Shown piece after piece: positions 42,860-51,412 of a stretch of DNA of 64,000 nt (the first letter of the stretch is position 1; each line of letters begins with the position of its first letter). The notes under the pieces were generated by a model, which saw only the letters and a list, made by a program, of their open reading frames with translations, was not told the origin of the DNA and ran no database searches. The stretch comes from Acidimicrobiia bacterium (GTDB lineage Bacteria; Actinomycetota; Acidimicrobiia; IMCC26256; PALSA-610): contig JBBQTI010000003.1 in NCBI GenBank assembly GCA_038213435.1, positions 77,269 to 141,268 of the forward strand. The letters run 5' to 3'. The position numbers and the translations under genes were made by a program.

Positions 42860-44749
42860 TCAGCCGATTCCGGGGGGACCGATGAACACCGCCATGGGCA
42901 TGCCGAGGTCGAGCATGTGCGAGATCAAGGTCCGTGTGCTCGCGGGCACGCGCGGCGCGAGCGCGAGCATGAACAGATTGTCGTCGATCTGGGCCACGAG
43001 AACGCCGAGCCCCGCCCGGCGGAGGTCGCCGGCCACGTCCGCGTGCAACCGGTCGAACGCCGCGCGGTCGGCGTCGGATCGTGGGTCGATCGAGGCCACC
43101 TGCGTGAAGCGCGAATCGCGACGCCAGTTGGCGATGTCGGGTCCGGTCGCGAGATGCACTTCGAGGGTGGGAGTGCGAGCGTCGATCACGTGATAGCGGG
43201 TCGCGCCCGGCCGGAACGCCTCCTCCGCGCGCACGTCGAAGCCGCGGCGGTCGAGCTCGTTCAGCAATCCGAAGCCCGCCGAACCGATCGCCTGCGCGTC
43301 GGGCAGCCAGGTGACCAGATAAGGGCCGCGGCCCGCGCCGCCTTCGCGACGCTCGACCTGCGCGAGCGCGTCGGCCGTCGGCGCGACCAGCGCGCCGAGC
43401 GACTGGTTGATGCGCGGCGTCTGCACGGTGACATTCGACGCCTGGAACGCGAACACGACGCTCACGACCAGCGTCGCCGTCACGAGCACGGCCGCACCCG
43501 CCCGGGCGAGGTCGTGGATCGTGCGATCGTCGAGGCCGCTCCGGGCGCGGACGAGCTCGACCGCGGTCCAGGCGATCGCGAACAGCATGAGCGCAACGAG
43601 TCCCCACGCCCAGAGCATCAGATAGAACCAGACCGTGCCGAAGATCCGCGCCGACGACACCAATCCGAGCACGAGCGCGGCGACGACCACCGCGTCGAGC
43701 ATCAGGAGGATGCGCCGACGGAGCCGCCACGCGACGATCGCCGAGGCGCCGAACACGATGAGCAGGAGGGCGCCGGGAACACGAGAACCGGTGACCTCGA
43801 GCGCGCCGCTGTCGCGCACCAGAGTGTGGCTGAGCAACCTCCACGGATCGAGCTGCGCCAGCAGGACGTCGACACCGCGACGGAGGCCGATGGGCGAAGC
43901 GGGCGGATGGCTGAAGTAGTCGCGGATGATGCCGAGATTTCCGGGCGAGTGCGCGAATTGGTCGATGACCGGCGGGATCCAGAGGACGATGCCGGTCGCG
44001 ACGCTGATTCCGCCCCAACGCCAGAGTTCGCGGCGCGCGTCGGCATCGCCTCGGCGCTCGAACGCGGTGCGCCCCACCACGAACGCGGCGACGAGCACCA
44101 GCCCGCCGATCAAGCCGAGGTACGAGATGTGTGTCTGCATGCAGAGTGACCCGGCGAAGATGACGATCGGAAGCATCGCCAGGTCGTCCGCGAGCACGGA
44201 CCACACCGCGAGCACGAACACGAACCACCAAAGGACGGGTAGGTACGGGTTCCAGGGAAGGGTCAGGAGGAACGCTCCGTAGGCGCGCGTCAACAGCGCC
44301 AGCACCGTGGCGAGTCCGAGCAGGAGCGAACGACCGCCGCGTCGCAGAGCCAACCAGAGCGCAAGCCCGATCGCGACGATGTCGAGCGCGACGTTGGCCG
44401 CGAACAATCCGTACGACGAGCCGCCGAACAGTCTCCACACCGGCCACAGCGCGTAGAAGCTCAGTGGTCCGGGGTGACTCCCTCCGTTCGGCCCGAACGG
44501 TCCGATACGACCGGCCAGACCGATGAGCGGCGGGTGGGACGTGACGTCGCGTACGCGCAGCTCGGTCTGCGCCATGTCGAGCAGCGGATACCAGTGCGGA
44601 CGCCGTAGCTCGACGAGCGCGACCACGAGCGGGAGGGCGAGGACGACGATCAGCGCCGCAAGGAGCAGAGCCGTGGCACCGCGGAGCCGGCGCTCCGGCG
44701 GCAGACGTCGCACGTCGAGCGGCGAGTGCAGCGCGACGTCATCGATCAC
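42860..44749 (-). CDS. polytopic membrane protein of unknown function (630 aa, GT-C-like topology with C-terminal soluble domain)
   Basis: GTG 44749 overlaps the stop of the epimerase gene (GTGA). TM1 ATALLLAALIVVLALPLVVALV, then an acidic loop LLDMAQTELRVRDVTSHPPLIGLAG...GSHPGPLSFY, then many helices, then a ~190-aa hydrophilic C-terminus. The upstream part of track ORF 42860..45598 is off-frame over the epimerase gene. Confidence 0.7.
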   Translation of the reverse strand: MIDDVALHSPLDVRRLPPERRLRGATALLLAALIVVLALPLVVALVELRRPHWYPLLDMAQTELRVRDVTSHPPLIGLAGRIGPFGPNGGSHPGPLSFYALWPVWRLFGGSSYGLFAANVALDIVAIGLALWLALRRGGRSLLLGLATVLALLTRAYGAFLLTLPWNPYLPVLWWFVFVLAVWSVLADDLAMLPIVIFAGSLCMQTHISYLGLIGGLVLVAAFVVGRTAFERRGDADARRELWRWGGISVATGIVLWIPPVIDQFAHSPGNLGIIRDYFSHPPASPIGLRRGVDVLLAQLDPWRLLSHTLVRDSGALEVTGSRVPGALLLIVFGASAIVAWRLRRRILLMLDAVVVAALVLGLVSSARIFGTVWFYLMLWAWGLVALMLFAIAWTAVELVRARSGLDDRTIHDLARAGAAVLVTATLVVSVVFAFQASNVTVQTPRINQSLGALVAPTADALAQVERREGGAGRGPYLVTWLPDAQAIGSAGFGLLNELDRRGFDVRAEEAFRPGATRYHVIDARTPTLEVHLATGPDIANWRRDSRFTQVASIDPRSDADRAAFDRLHADVAGDLRRAGLGVLVAQIDDNLFMLALAPRVPASTRTLISHMLDLGMPMAVFIGPPGIG

Positions 44750-45777
44750 GGCAGCGCCTTCAAGGCGCGCAGCAATCCCGGCCGGACCGGTGACTGATGA
44801 TGCGATCGGGCTGCGTCGTCGGATTCGCGACGATGCGCGAGGAACCATTCGTAAGACTCGATCACCATCGAGGGGTTCGAGTGTTGCGGCTCCCAACCCA
44901 GGTCGGTCCGCGCCAACGTCGAGTCGAAGTACAGCGACTCGCTGTAGAGCAGCCAGTGGTACGGCGCGAACGGCGCGAGACCGAGCGATGCGAGCGACCG
45001 CATCGCGACGCGCGCCGGCGCGACGGGCAACGATCGCAGGCGCGAACCCGTCTGCGCGTGGTCGACGAGCGCTTGCAGCGTTTCTCGCATCGTGCCGAAC
45101 TCGCGGGCGCCGATGTTGTACACCGACGGTGCGGCGCGATCTCCCGCGCGCAGACAGGCATCGGCGAGGTCGGCCGCGTGCACGAGCTGATACCGATTGT
45201 TCCCGCCGCCCAGAACGAACACGGGCGCACCGTCGGCCACGAACTCGAACAAGAGCGCCATCACTCCGAGGCGACCGTGACCGAGAACCGTGCGGGGCCG
45301 CACGATCGTGACGTCGAGCCCGGACGCGATCGCGTCGTGACACACGAGCTCGGCCCGCAGCTTGGCCCGGCCGTACGCCTCCAGCGGACGACACGGCGCG
45401 TCCTCGTTCACGGGATTCCGCTCGGGGATGCCGAACACGGCACTCGACGACGTGTGGACGACTTTGGCGACGCGCGCGTCGCGCGCCGCGACCAGCACGT
45501 TCGCGGTTCCGCCCACGTTCACCTCGTCGAACAGCGCCCGGTCCTTGGCGAGCGGGACCTGGGCGACGTTGTGGAACACCACGTTGACGCCTTCGCACGC
45601 GCCGCGCACCGCGGCCCGGTCGCGCACGTCGCCGGCGACGAAATCGGCTCCGGCGAGGGTCGGGCCGGGCGGGTTCACGTCGAAGATCCGCACGGCATCA
45701 CCGCGGGCCAGGGCCTGCTCGGCCAGCACGGTGCCGAAGTAGCCGCTGCCGCCGGTGACCAGGAGCAAACGAGCCAT
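44746..45777 (-). CDS. NAD-dependent epimerase/dehydratase (extended SDR)
   Basis: 343 aa. LLVTGGSGYFG and YGRAK. Confidence 0.85.
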   Translation of the reverse strand: MARLLLVTGGSGYFGTVLAEQALARGDAVRIFDVNPPGPTLAGADFVAGDVRDRAAVRGACEGVNVVFHNVAQVPLAKDRALFDEVNVGGTANVLVAARDARVAKVVHTSSSAVFGIPERNPVNEDAPCRPLEAYGRAKLRAELVCHDAIASGLDVTIVRPRTVLGHGRLGVMALLFEFVADGAPVFVLGGGNNRYQLVHAADLADACLRAGDRAAPSVYNIGAREFGTMRETLQALVDHAQTGSRLRSLPVAPARVAMRSLASLGLAPFAPYHWLLYSESLYFDSTLARTDLGWEPQHSNPSMVIESYEWFLAHRRESDDAARSHHQSPVRPGLLRALKALP

Positions 45778-46886
45778 CAGAGTTGGTCACCGCGCGCCAG
45801 ACACCAGCGCACGCTCGCCCGCATGCCGTCGAACAAGTCCACGGTCGGCTCGTATCCGAGCTCGTTGCGCGCCCGTGAGATGTCGCACGCGATCGTGTCC
45901 TTCAGCTCTCCGAGCACGTGCAAGACCTGCACGTAGCGTCCACTCGCCTGCGTGACGGCGTCGAGCTTTTCGGCAACGACACCGGCGATCCGCGGCACGG
46001 GCAACGGGCGCCGGTTCGAAACACTCAGTCCTTCGGCCTCGAGCGCGCCGCGTACCGTTTGCAGCACATCGCGCAACGCGTAGGGTTCGGCGTCGGCGAT
46101 CCAATAGGCGTTCCCGGGCGCGGCGTCGACGCGCTCTGCGAGCAGCACGCCCTGCACCAGATTCCCCGTGTAGACCATCGATCGGCGCTGAGTGCCGGGC
46201 CCGACGAGCGGGAAGCGTCCGCGCCGAACCGCCGAGAGGAACTGCGTCTGGCGTTCGGGCTGAAACGGGCCGTAGAACCACGGCGGCCGCACGATCACGG
46301 TCGCGAGGTCACCGCGGTCGTAGCTGCGCTGCACGAGTTGCTCCGCCTCGAGTTTCGCGCGGCCGTACGCCATGTACGGTGCGAACGGCGAATCCTCGTC
46401 GAAGCGGTCGGCGCTCGAACGGTTCGCGCCGAACGGAGAATTCGACGAGACGTGCACGAACCGCGACGCGCCGACCCGCCGCGCCCGGTCGAGCACGAGC
46501 TGGGTCCCGCCGACATTCACGTCGAACAGCTCGCGCACGTGGCGCGCCGGATGGATGACCGCCGCGGCGTGCATCACCGACGCGCCGCCGACGCCCTCGA
46601 AGAGCGCGTCGATCACCGTGGGGTCGCGCACGTCGCCGACGATCACCTCGATCCGCGGGTCGACGACCTCGAGCCGGGACGCGTCACCGAAATCGCGTAC
46701 CAGACAACGGATTCGTTGTCGCGTCGGTTGGCCGGCAAGCGTCCGCACGAGGTTCTGGCCCAGCCAGCCCGCGGCGCCGGTGACGACAACCGTCGGCGCC
46801 GGTTGATCCGACCCCGGCGTCTCACCCAACTCTTGCTCGCCGTCGCGCACGGTCGTCGACGCTACCGCCTCCTCGCGTCGGCGCAC
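45777..46886 (-). CDS. NAD-dependent epimerase/dehydratase (extended SDR)
   Basis: 369 aa. VVVTGAAGWLG and YGRAK. GTG 46886 after GGGAG. ATGA overlap with the next gene. Confidence 0.85.
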   Translation of the reverse strand: MRRREEAVASTTVRDGEQELGETPGSDQPAPTVVVTGAAGWLGQNLVRTLAGQPTRQRIRCLVRDFGDASRLEVVDPRIEVIVGDVRDPTVIDALFEGVGGASVMHAAAVIHPARHVRELFDVNVGGTQLVLDRARRVGASRFVHVSSNSPFGANRSSADRFDEDSPFAPYMAYGRAKLEAEQLVQRSYDRGDLATVIVRPPWFYGPFQPERQTQFLSAVRRGRFPLVGPGTQRRSMVYTGNLVQGVLLAERVDAAPGNAYWIADAEPYALRDVLQTVRGALEAEGLSVSNRRPLPVPRIAGVVAEKLDAVTQASGRYVQVLHVLGELKDTIACDISRARNELGYEPTVDLFDGMRASVRWCLARGDQL

Positions 46887-46940
46887 TCACCACTCCCGAC
46901 CGTCCGAGGAGGAATCACTCGGCGCGCCTAGCTTTCCCGT

Positions 46941-48626
46941 GTGCCCCGAGCCGAGCCCGTCGCCGACGCTGCCGCGCGCGACAGCCCGCGCAACAGCGGC
47001 GCCGAACGGTGGGGCAACGCCTTGGCGCTGGCAATCGTCGCGCTCGTATTCGCGCTGCCGTTGCGCGGGCTGTTGCGAGCGCCGGGCCCGCCCATGGAAG
47101 AGGGCTTCATGCTCGTGTTCCCGGAGCAGGTCTTGAAGGGCGCGATTCCCAACCGCGACTTCCTGCACCTGTACGGACCGGGAAGCTTGTGGGCGCTCGC
47201 CGGCGTGTTCAAGGTGTTCGGCGTCTCGCTGCTCAGCGAGCGCGTGTTCGGCCTCGTGCAACAGGTCGCGATCGTGTTCGGCGTCTACGCGCTCGCGCGC
47301 CGATGGGGTCGAACCCTGGCCGTCATCGCGGCGGTGACGTCGGGGCTCATCATCATCCCGTTCGCCCTGACCGCACTGGCGTGGGTCGGCGGCGTCGGCC
47401 TCGCCATTTGCGGCATGGCGGCGGGCGTCCGGGCGCTCGCCGACCGTGACGATCGCAGCGCGCGGCGTTGGGCCGTGGTCGCGGGGCTGCTGCTCGGTCT
47501 CGCCGTCCTGTTCCGGCTCGACCTCGTGCTCGGCGTCGGCCTCGCGACGGTCGCACTTGTGCGCGGCATGGAACGATCGCGCATCTCCCGCCTCTTCGCC
47601 GGCTTCGTCATCGGGGTCGTGCCGTATTCCATTCACATCGCGACGGCCGGACCCGGACACGTGTTCCAAGGCATGGTGATCGATCCGATCTTCCGGCTCC
47701 GCGGCGGGCGGAGCCTGCCGATCCCACCGTCGTGGGGACACCTCGACGGTTTCCTCCAGCGAGCGGGCGCGCTGGCACAGCTCTCGTGGCCGTTCCCGGC
47801 TCCCGCGCGTCCGCACCAACTCTTCTTGTGGTTCTTCCTGTTGCTCGGTGCGATCGCGTTCGTGCTGTGGCAGGGGTGGCGCGCGACCCGCGCGGATCCC
47901 GGGTCGATCACGGCCCGGACGCTCCTCGTCGTCGGGCTCTTCGGCGTCGGGATCCTTCCGCAAGCGCTGCAACGCGTCGACTCCGGCCACTTCTCGTGGG
48001 TGGGCTGCGTCGTCTTCGCGTTTGTTCCGATCGCGGGCTACGAGCTCGTCCGAAAACGCGCACCGAAGATCCCGTCCAGGCGAATCGCGATCGTCTCGGG
48101 CGCAATGATGCTCGCTCTGCTCGCGTTCGTCATACCCGCATTCACGATCCGTACCTATGTCGACTACTCGCTGCAGACCTTCGGCATCCATCGCGCGTCG
48201 TACAAGATCGAACACGACGGCCGCGTCTTCTACTACGGCAAGCCCGACCGGGCCGCCGCGGCGAACCTGGTGATCGCCGCGGCGGCCCGGATCTCGAAGC
48301 CGGGACAGCGGCTGTTCGTCGGGCCCGTGAACCTCCGCAAGACGCCGTACAGCGACGCGTACCTCTACTACATGCTCGGCGACCTGGTTCCGGCGACGTA
48401 CTACATCGAGATGGACCCCGGCGTCGCCAATGCAAACGGGTCGCGCCTCCCCACGGACCTGGAGTCGGCCGACGTCGTGATCCTCTCCGCGATCTGGCAG
48501 GACTGGTCGGAGCCGAACGACTCCCGAAAGGTCGGCTCCGACGCGGCCGAAAAGGTCCTGGCCCGCGACTTCTGCCACGTCGGCACCTATCTCGACCTCT
48601 ACCAGCTGTACAGGAAGTGCCACTGA
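46941..48626 (+). CDS. polytopic membrane protein of unknown function (561 aa, GT-C-like topology with C-terminal soluble domain)
   Basis: GTG start. TM1 NALALAIVALVFALPL, first loop PPMEEGFMLVFPEQVLKGAIPNRDFLHLYGPGS, about 10 further helices, and a ~150-aa hydrophilic C-terminus. Confidence 0.7.
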   Translation: MPRAEPVADAAARDSPRNSGAERWGNALALAIVALVFALPLRGLLRAPGPPMEEGFMLVFPEQVLKGAIPNRDFLHLYGPGSLWALAGVFKVFGVSLLSERVFGLVQQVAIVFGVYALARRWGRTLAVIAAVTSGLIIIPFALTALAWVGGVGLAICGMAAGVRALADRDDRSARRWAVVAGLLLGLAVLFRLDLVLGVGLATVALVRGMERSRISRLFAGFVIGVVPYSIHIATAGPGHVFQGMVIDPIFRLRGGRSLPIPPSWGHLDGFLQRAGALAQLSWPFPAPARPHQLFLWFFLLLGAIAFVLWQGWRATRADPGSITARTLLVVGLFGVGILPQALQRVDSGHFSWVGCVVFAFVPIAGYELVRKRAPKIPSRRIAIVSGAMMLALLAFVIPAFTIRTYVDYSLQTFGIHRASYKIEHDGRVFYYGKPDRAAAANLVIAAAARISKPGQRLFVGPVNLRKTPYSDAYLYYMLGDLVPATYYIEMDPGVANANGSRLPTDLESADVVILSAIWQDWSEPNDSRKVGSDAAEKVLARDFCHVGTYLDLYQLYRKCH

Positions 48627-48656
48627 CGGTCGGGCTCAAGATACATTTCCCCTTCT

Positions 48657-49385
48657 GTGCGCGCGCTCGTCGTGACTCCGACGTATCAGGAGTCGGAGAA
48701 CATCGTGGAGTTCCTCAACCGTGCCCGCGAGGCCGCGCCCGACGCCGACATCCTCGTCGTCGACGACAACAGTCCCGACGGCACGGCCGATCTCGTCGAC
48801 GAGGTCGGCGCGCGGCTCGGGCACATCGAGGTGTTGCGCCGGCCCCGCAAGATCGGCATCGGCGACGCCGTCCGCGCGGGATTCGCGGTCGGCCTCGACC
48901 GGGGCTACGACGTCGTCGTTCAGATCGACGCCGACCTATCGCACGATCCGGCCGCGCTGCCCGAGCTCCTCGCCGCGATCGAAGGCGGCGCCGATGCCGC
49001 GATCGGCTCCCGGTACGTTCTCGGCGGATCGATCCCCCACTGGCCGTGGTACCGGCGGGCCGTCTCGAAATGGGGCAACCGTTACGCCACACTCGTGCTC
49101 GGCATACCGGTTCGCGATGCAACATCCGGGTTCCGAGCGTTTCGCGCCGACACGCTCAAGATGGCCGACTACGCGCACACGCGCTCCAAGGGCTACGGCT
49201 TCCAGATCGAGCTCTGCTACCGCGTCTGGAAACACGGTGGCCACATCGCGCAGGTGCCCATCACATTCACCGACCGAGTGCGCGGCCACTCCAAGATGTC
49301 GTTGGGCGTCGGCGCGGAGGAGCTCGGACTCGTCACGTGGTGGGCAGTCCAAGACCGCGTGTTCAAGCGCGGCGGGCATCGCTGA
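48657..49385 (+). CDS. polyprenol-monophosphate hexose synthase (GT2; Ppm1/DPM1-like)
   Basis: 242 aa. VVTPTYQESENI, VVDDNSPDGT, QIDADLSHDP, SGFRAF. Confidence 0.85.
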   Translation: MRALVVTPTYQESENIVEFLNRAREAAPDADILVVDDNSPDGTADLVDEVGARLGHIEVLRRPRKIGIGDAVRAGFAVGLDRGYDVVVQIDADLSHDPAALPELLAAIEGGADAAIGSRYVLGGSIPHWPWYRRAVSKWGNRYATLVLGIPVRDATSGFRAFRADTLKMADYAHTRSKGYGFQIELCYRVWKHGGHIAQVPITFTDRVRGHSKMSLGVGAEELGLVTWWAVQDRVFKRGGHR

Positions 49386-49401
49386 CGCCGCCGGCGACCG
49401 A

Positions 49402-51336
49402 TCAGGGCGTCGAACGCAGCTGCGGCAGCCACCACCTCCAGACCACCACGGCTCCGGTGTACGTGAGGTGCTGGTCGTCCGGTTGCCAGAGATGCACGCC
49501 CCCGACACTCTCGACGCGATGGCCGTCGAGGCAGACGAGCGTTCGCCAGTCGACGATCCGGACCTTGCGCATCGAACGCGCGACGTTCGCGAAGATCTCG
49601 TTGAGCGCGGCGATGCGTCGTGGGTCGCTGCGCTCGGGCATCCGGTCGTTGGCGTTCCCGGCTCCGTAGCACGGCACGTCGAACAGGTACACAGTCCGCC
49701 CGTCGGCCGTCAGCGTTTCGAGCGCGGTCCGCAACGACAGCGCGATGAGATCTGTCCACGCGGTGGTGCCGAAGCGAACGACGCCGAATGTCGTCTGCTG
49801 ATCGAGCGCCTCCCACGCGCCCGCCATGATCGCGAGGCGCGCGTCGGGGTCGTTGCGCATCGATGCGCGCCAGCGCGCCTGCCAGCCCTCGCATTCCTTC
49901 ACGTGAGGGAGGACGCGGCCGCCGGTCACATGGTCGGTCTGCACGATGCCGCACCCCAACTGGGCATCGCCACCGACCGAGATGCCCAGCTCGCGCGCTC
50001 GGAGGGCGCCGCCGTATCCGAACACCAACGCCGTGGAGTCGCCGAACAGGTCGACGCGCAATGCCTTCGGGATGTTGTTTCCGCTGAGCGATTTCAGCTT
50101 CGTGAGATCGTTCGGCGGGAGCGACTTGGGTGCAGCGACGGTCGTGACGAGCGCGGCGACGAGGGCCGTGAGCGCCACGAAGTAGGCGATCGCGCCGCGG
50201 CTTCCGGTACGTCGGGCGACCTTCCCGACGCGGAGGGGCTGCTCGACGAGACGGAACGACAGCTCCGCGAGCGCGACCGAAAAGGCGAGCCGGACGGCGA
50301 AGAGCATCACCCCGTCGAGTCCCGCGCGGGGCGTGACGAACACGCGCACGGGCCAGTGCCACAGATACAGGGAATAGGAACGGAGGCCGATCGCGACGAG
50401 CCAGGGCGCGCGCAACAACCTCGCGATCGGCGCGGTCGGCATTGTCACGACGACCGCGATGATCACCGCGCACAGCACCGCGAACACGAGGAAGCCGCCA
50501 CGGTAGAGCGCAAGCGTGCGATCCCGGGTGACGCGCATCGTCACAAGGATCGCGACGAGCGACCCGGCAGCTATCAGGGGCACGACGCGTGCCGCGGACG
50601 CGTTCGATCGCGTCCACCGGGCGAGCACTTCCCAGGGCCGGCCGGATCCCGCGAGTACACCGAGCGCTACTCCCACGAGCAGGCCCATGGCGTGTGAATC
50701 GCTTCCGAGATACGCGCGGGTCGGGTCACCGGTCGGCGACACCAGCACACCCATCCACACCGTCGACGCGACGGCCCCGACCAACGCGATCGTCGCCGTC
50801 CGGAACGGATGCCGGACGACCACGCGCCGCGCTGCGAACAGCACGAGCGGCAGCACGAGATAGAACTGCTCCTCGACGGCCAGCGTCCACATGTGCAGAA
50901 AGGGTGACGGCCGCCCGAGACCGCTGAAGTAATTGCCCTTGGCGAAGATGATCACCCAGTTCGCGCAGTAGAACAGCGTGCCGAGGGCCTGGGCGCGCAG
51001 GTCGTGGATCTCGCTGTTCGAGAAGCTGATCGCCGCCGCGCACAAAACGACGACCGTGACCGTTGCCAGCGCGGGAAGCAGCCGGCGCGCGCGGCGTGCC
51101 CAGAAGTTGCCGAGCGACACCGCGCCCGATCGCTCGATCTCGCGCGTGACGAGTCGGGAGATGAGGAAGCCCGAGACCACGAAGAACACGTCGACGCCGA
51201 GGAAACCTGCGGGCAGGACGGACGGCGCGAAGTGAAAGACGACGACAGCCGCGACCGCGATCGCCCGAAGGCCGTCGAGCCCAGCGACGTAGGTGTCCTC
51301 ACCGGACTGCGGAACTCGTTGCTCGGTAACCGTCAT
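49402..51336 (-). CDS. acyltransferase-3 (AT3) membrane domain fused to SGNH-like extracytoplasmic domain (OafA/OatA type)
   Basis: 644 aa. GLDGLRAIAVAAVVVFH, GVDVFFVVSGFLI, HMWTLAVEEQFYL, LYLWHWP. The C-terminal domain starts LFGDST. Confidence 0.85.
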   Translation of the reverse strand: MTVTEQRVPQSGEDTYVAGLDGLRAIAVAAVVVFHFAPSVLPAGFLGVDVFFVVSGFLISRLVTREIERSGAVSLGNFWARRARRLLPALATVTVVVLCAAAISFSNSEIHDLRAQALGTLFYCANWVIIFAKGNYFSGLGRPSPFLHMWTLAVEEQFYLVLPLVLFAARRVVVRHPFRTATIALVGAVASTVWMGVLVSPTGDPTRAYLGSDSHAMGLLVGVALGVLAGSGRPWEVLARWTRSNASAARVVPLIAAGSLVAILVTMRVTRDRTLALYRGGFLVFAVLCAVIIAVVVTMPTAPIARLLRAPWLVAIGLRSYSLYLWHWPVRVFVTPRAGLDGVMLFAVRLAFSVALAELSFRLVEQPLRVGKVARRTGSRGAIAYFVALTALVAALVTTVAAPKSLPPNDLTKLKSLSGNNIPKALRVDLFGDSTALVFGYGGALRARELGISVGGDAQLGCGIVQTDHVTGGRVLPHVKECEGWQARWRASMRNDPDARLAIMAGAWEALDQQTTFGVVRFGTTAWTDLIALSLRTALETLTADGRTVYLFDVPCYGAGNANDRMPERSDPRRIAALNEIFANVARSMRKVRIVDWRTLVCLDGHRVESVGGVHLWQPDDQHLTYTGAVVVWRWWLPQLRSTP

Positions 51337-51412
51337 GTCGTCATTGGGTTGGTACCATCACCGCTTCCGACGTGTGGTCGATCAGCCGAAGACAGCTCCG
51401 GGGGAACTGACG

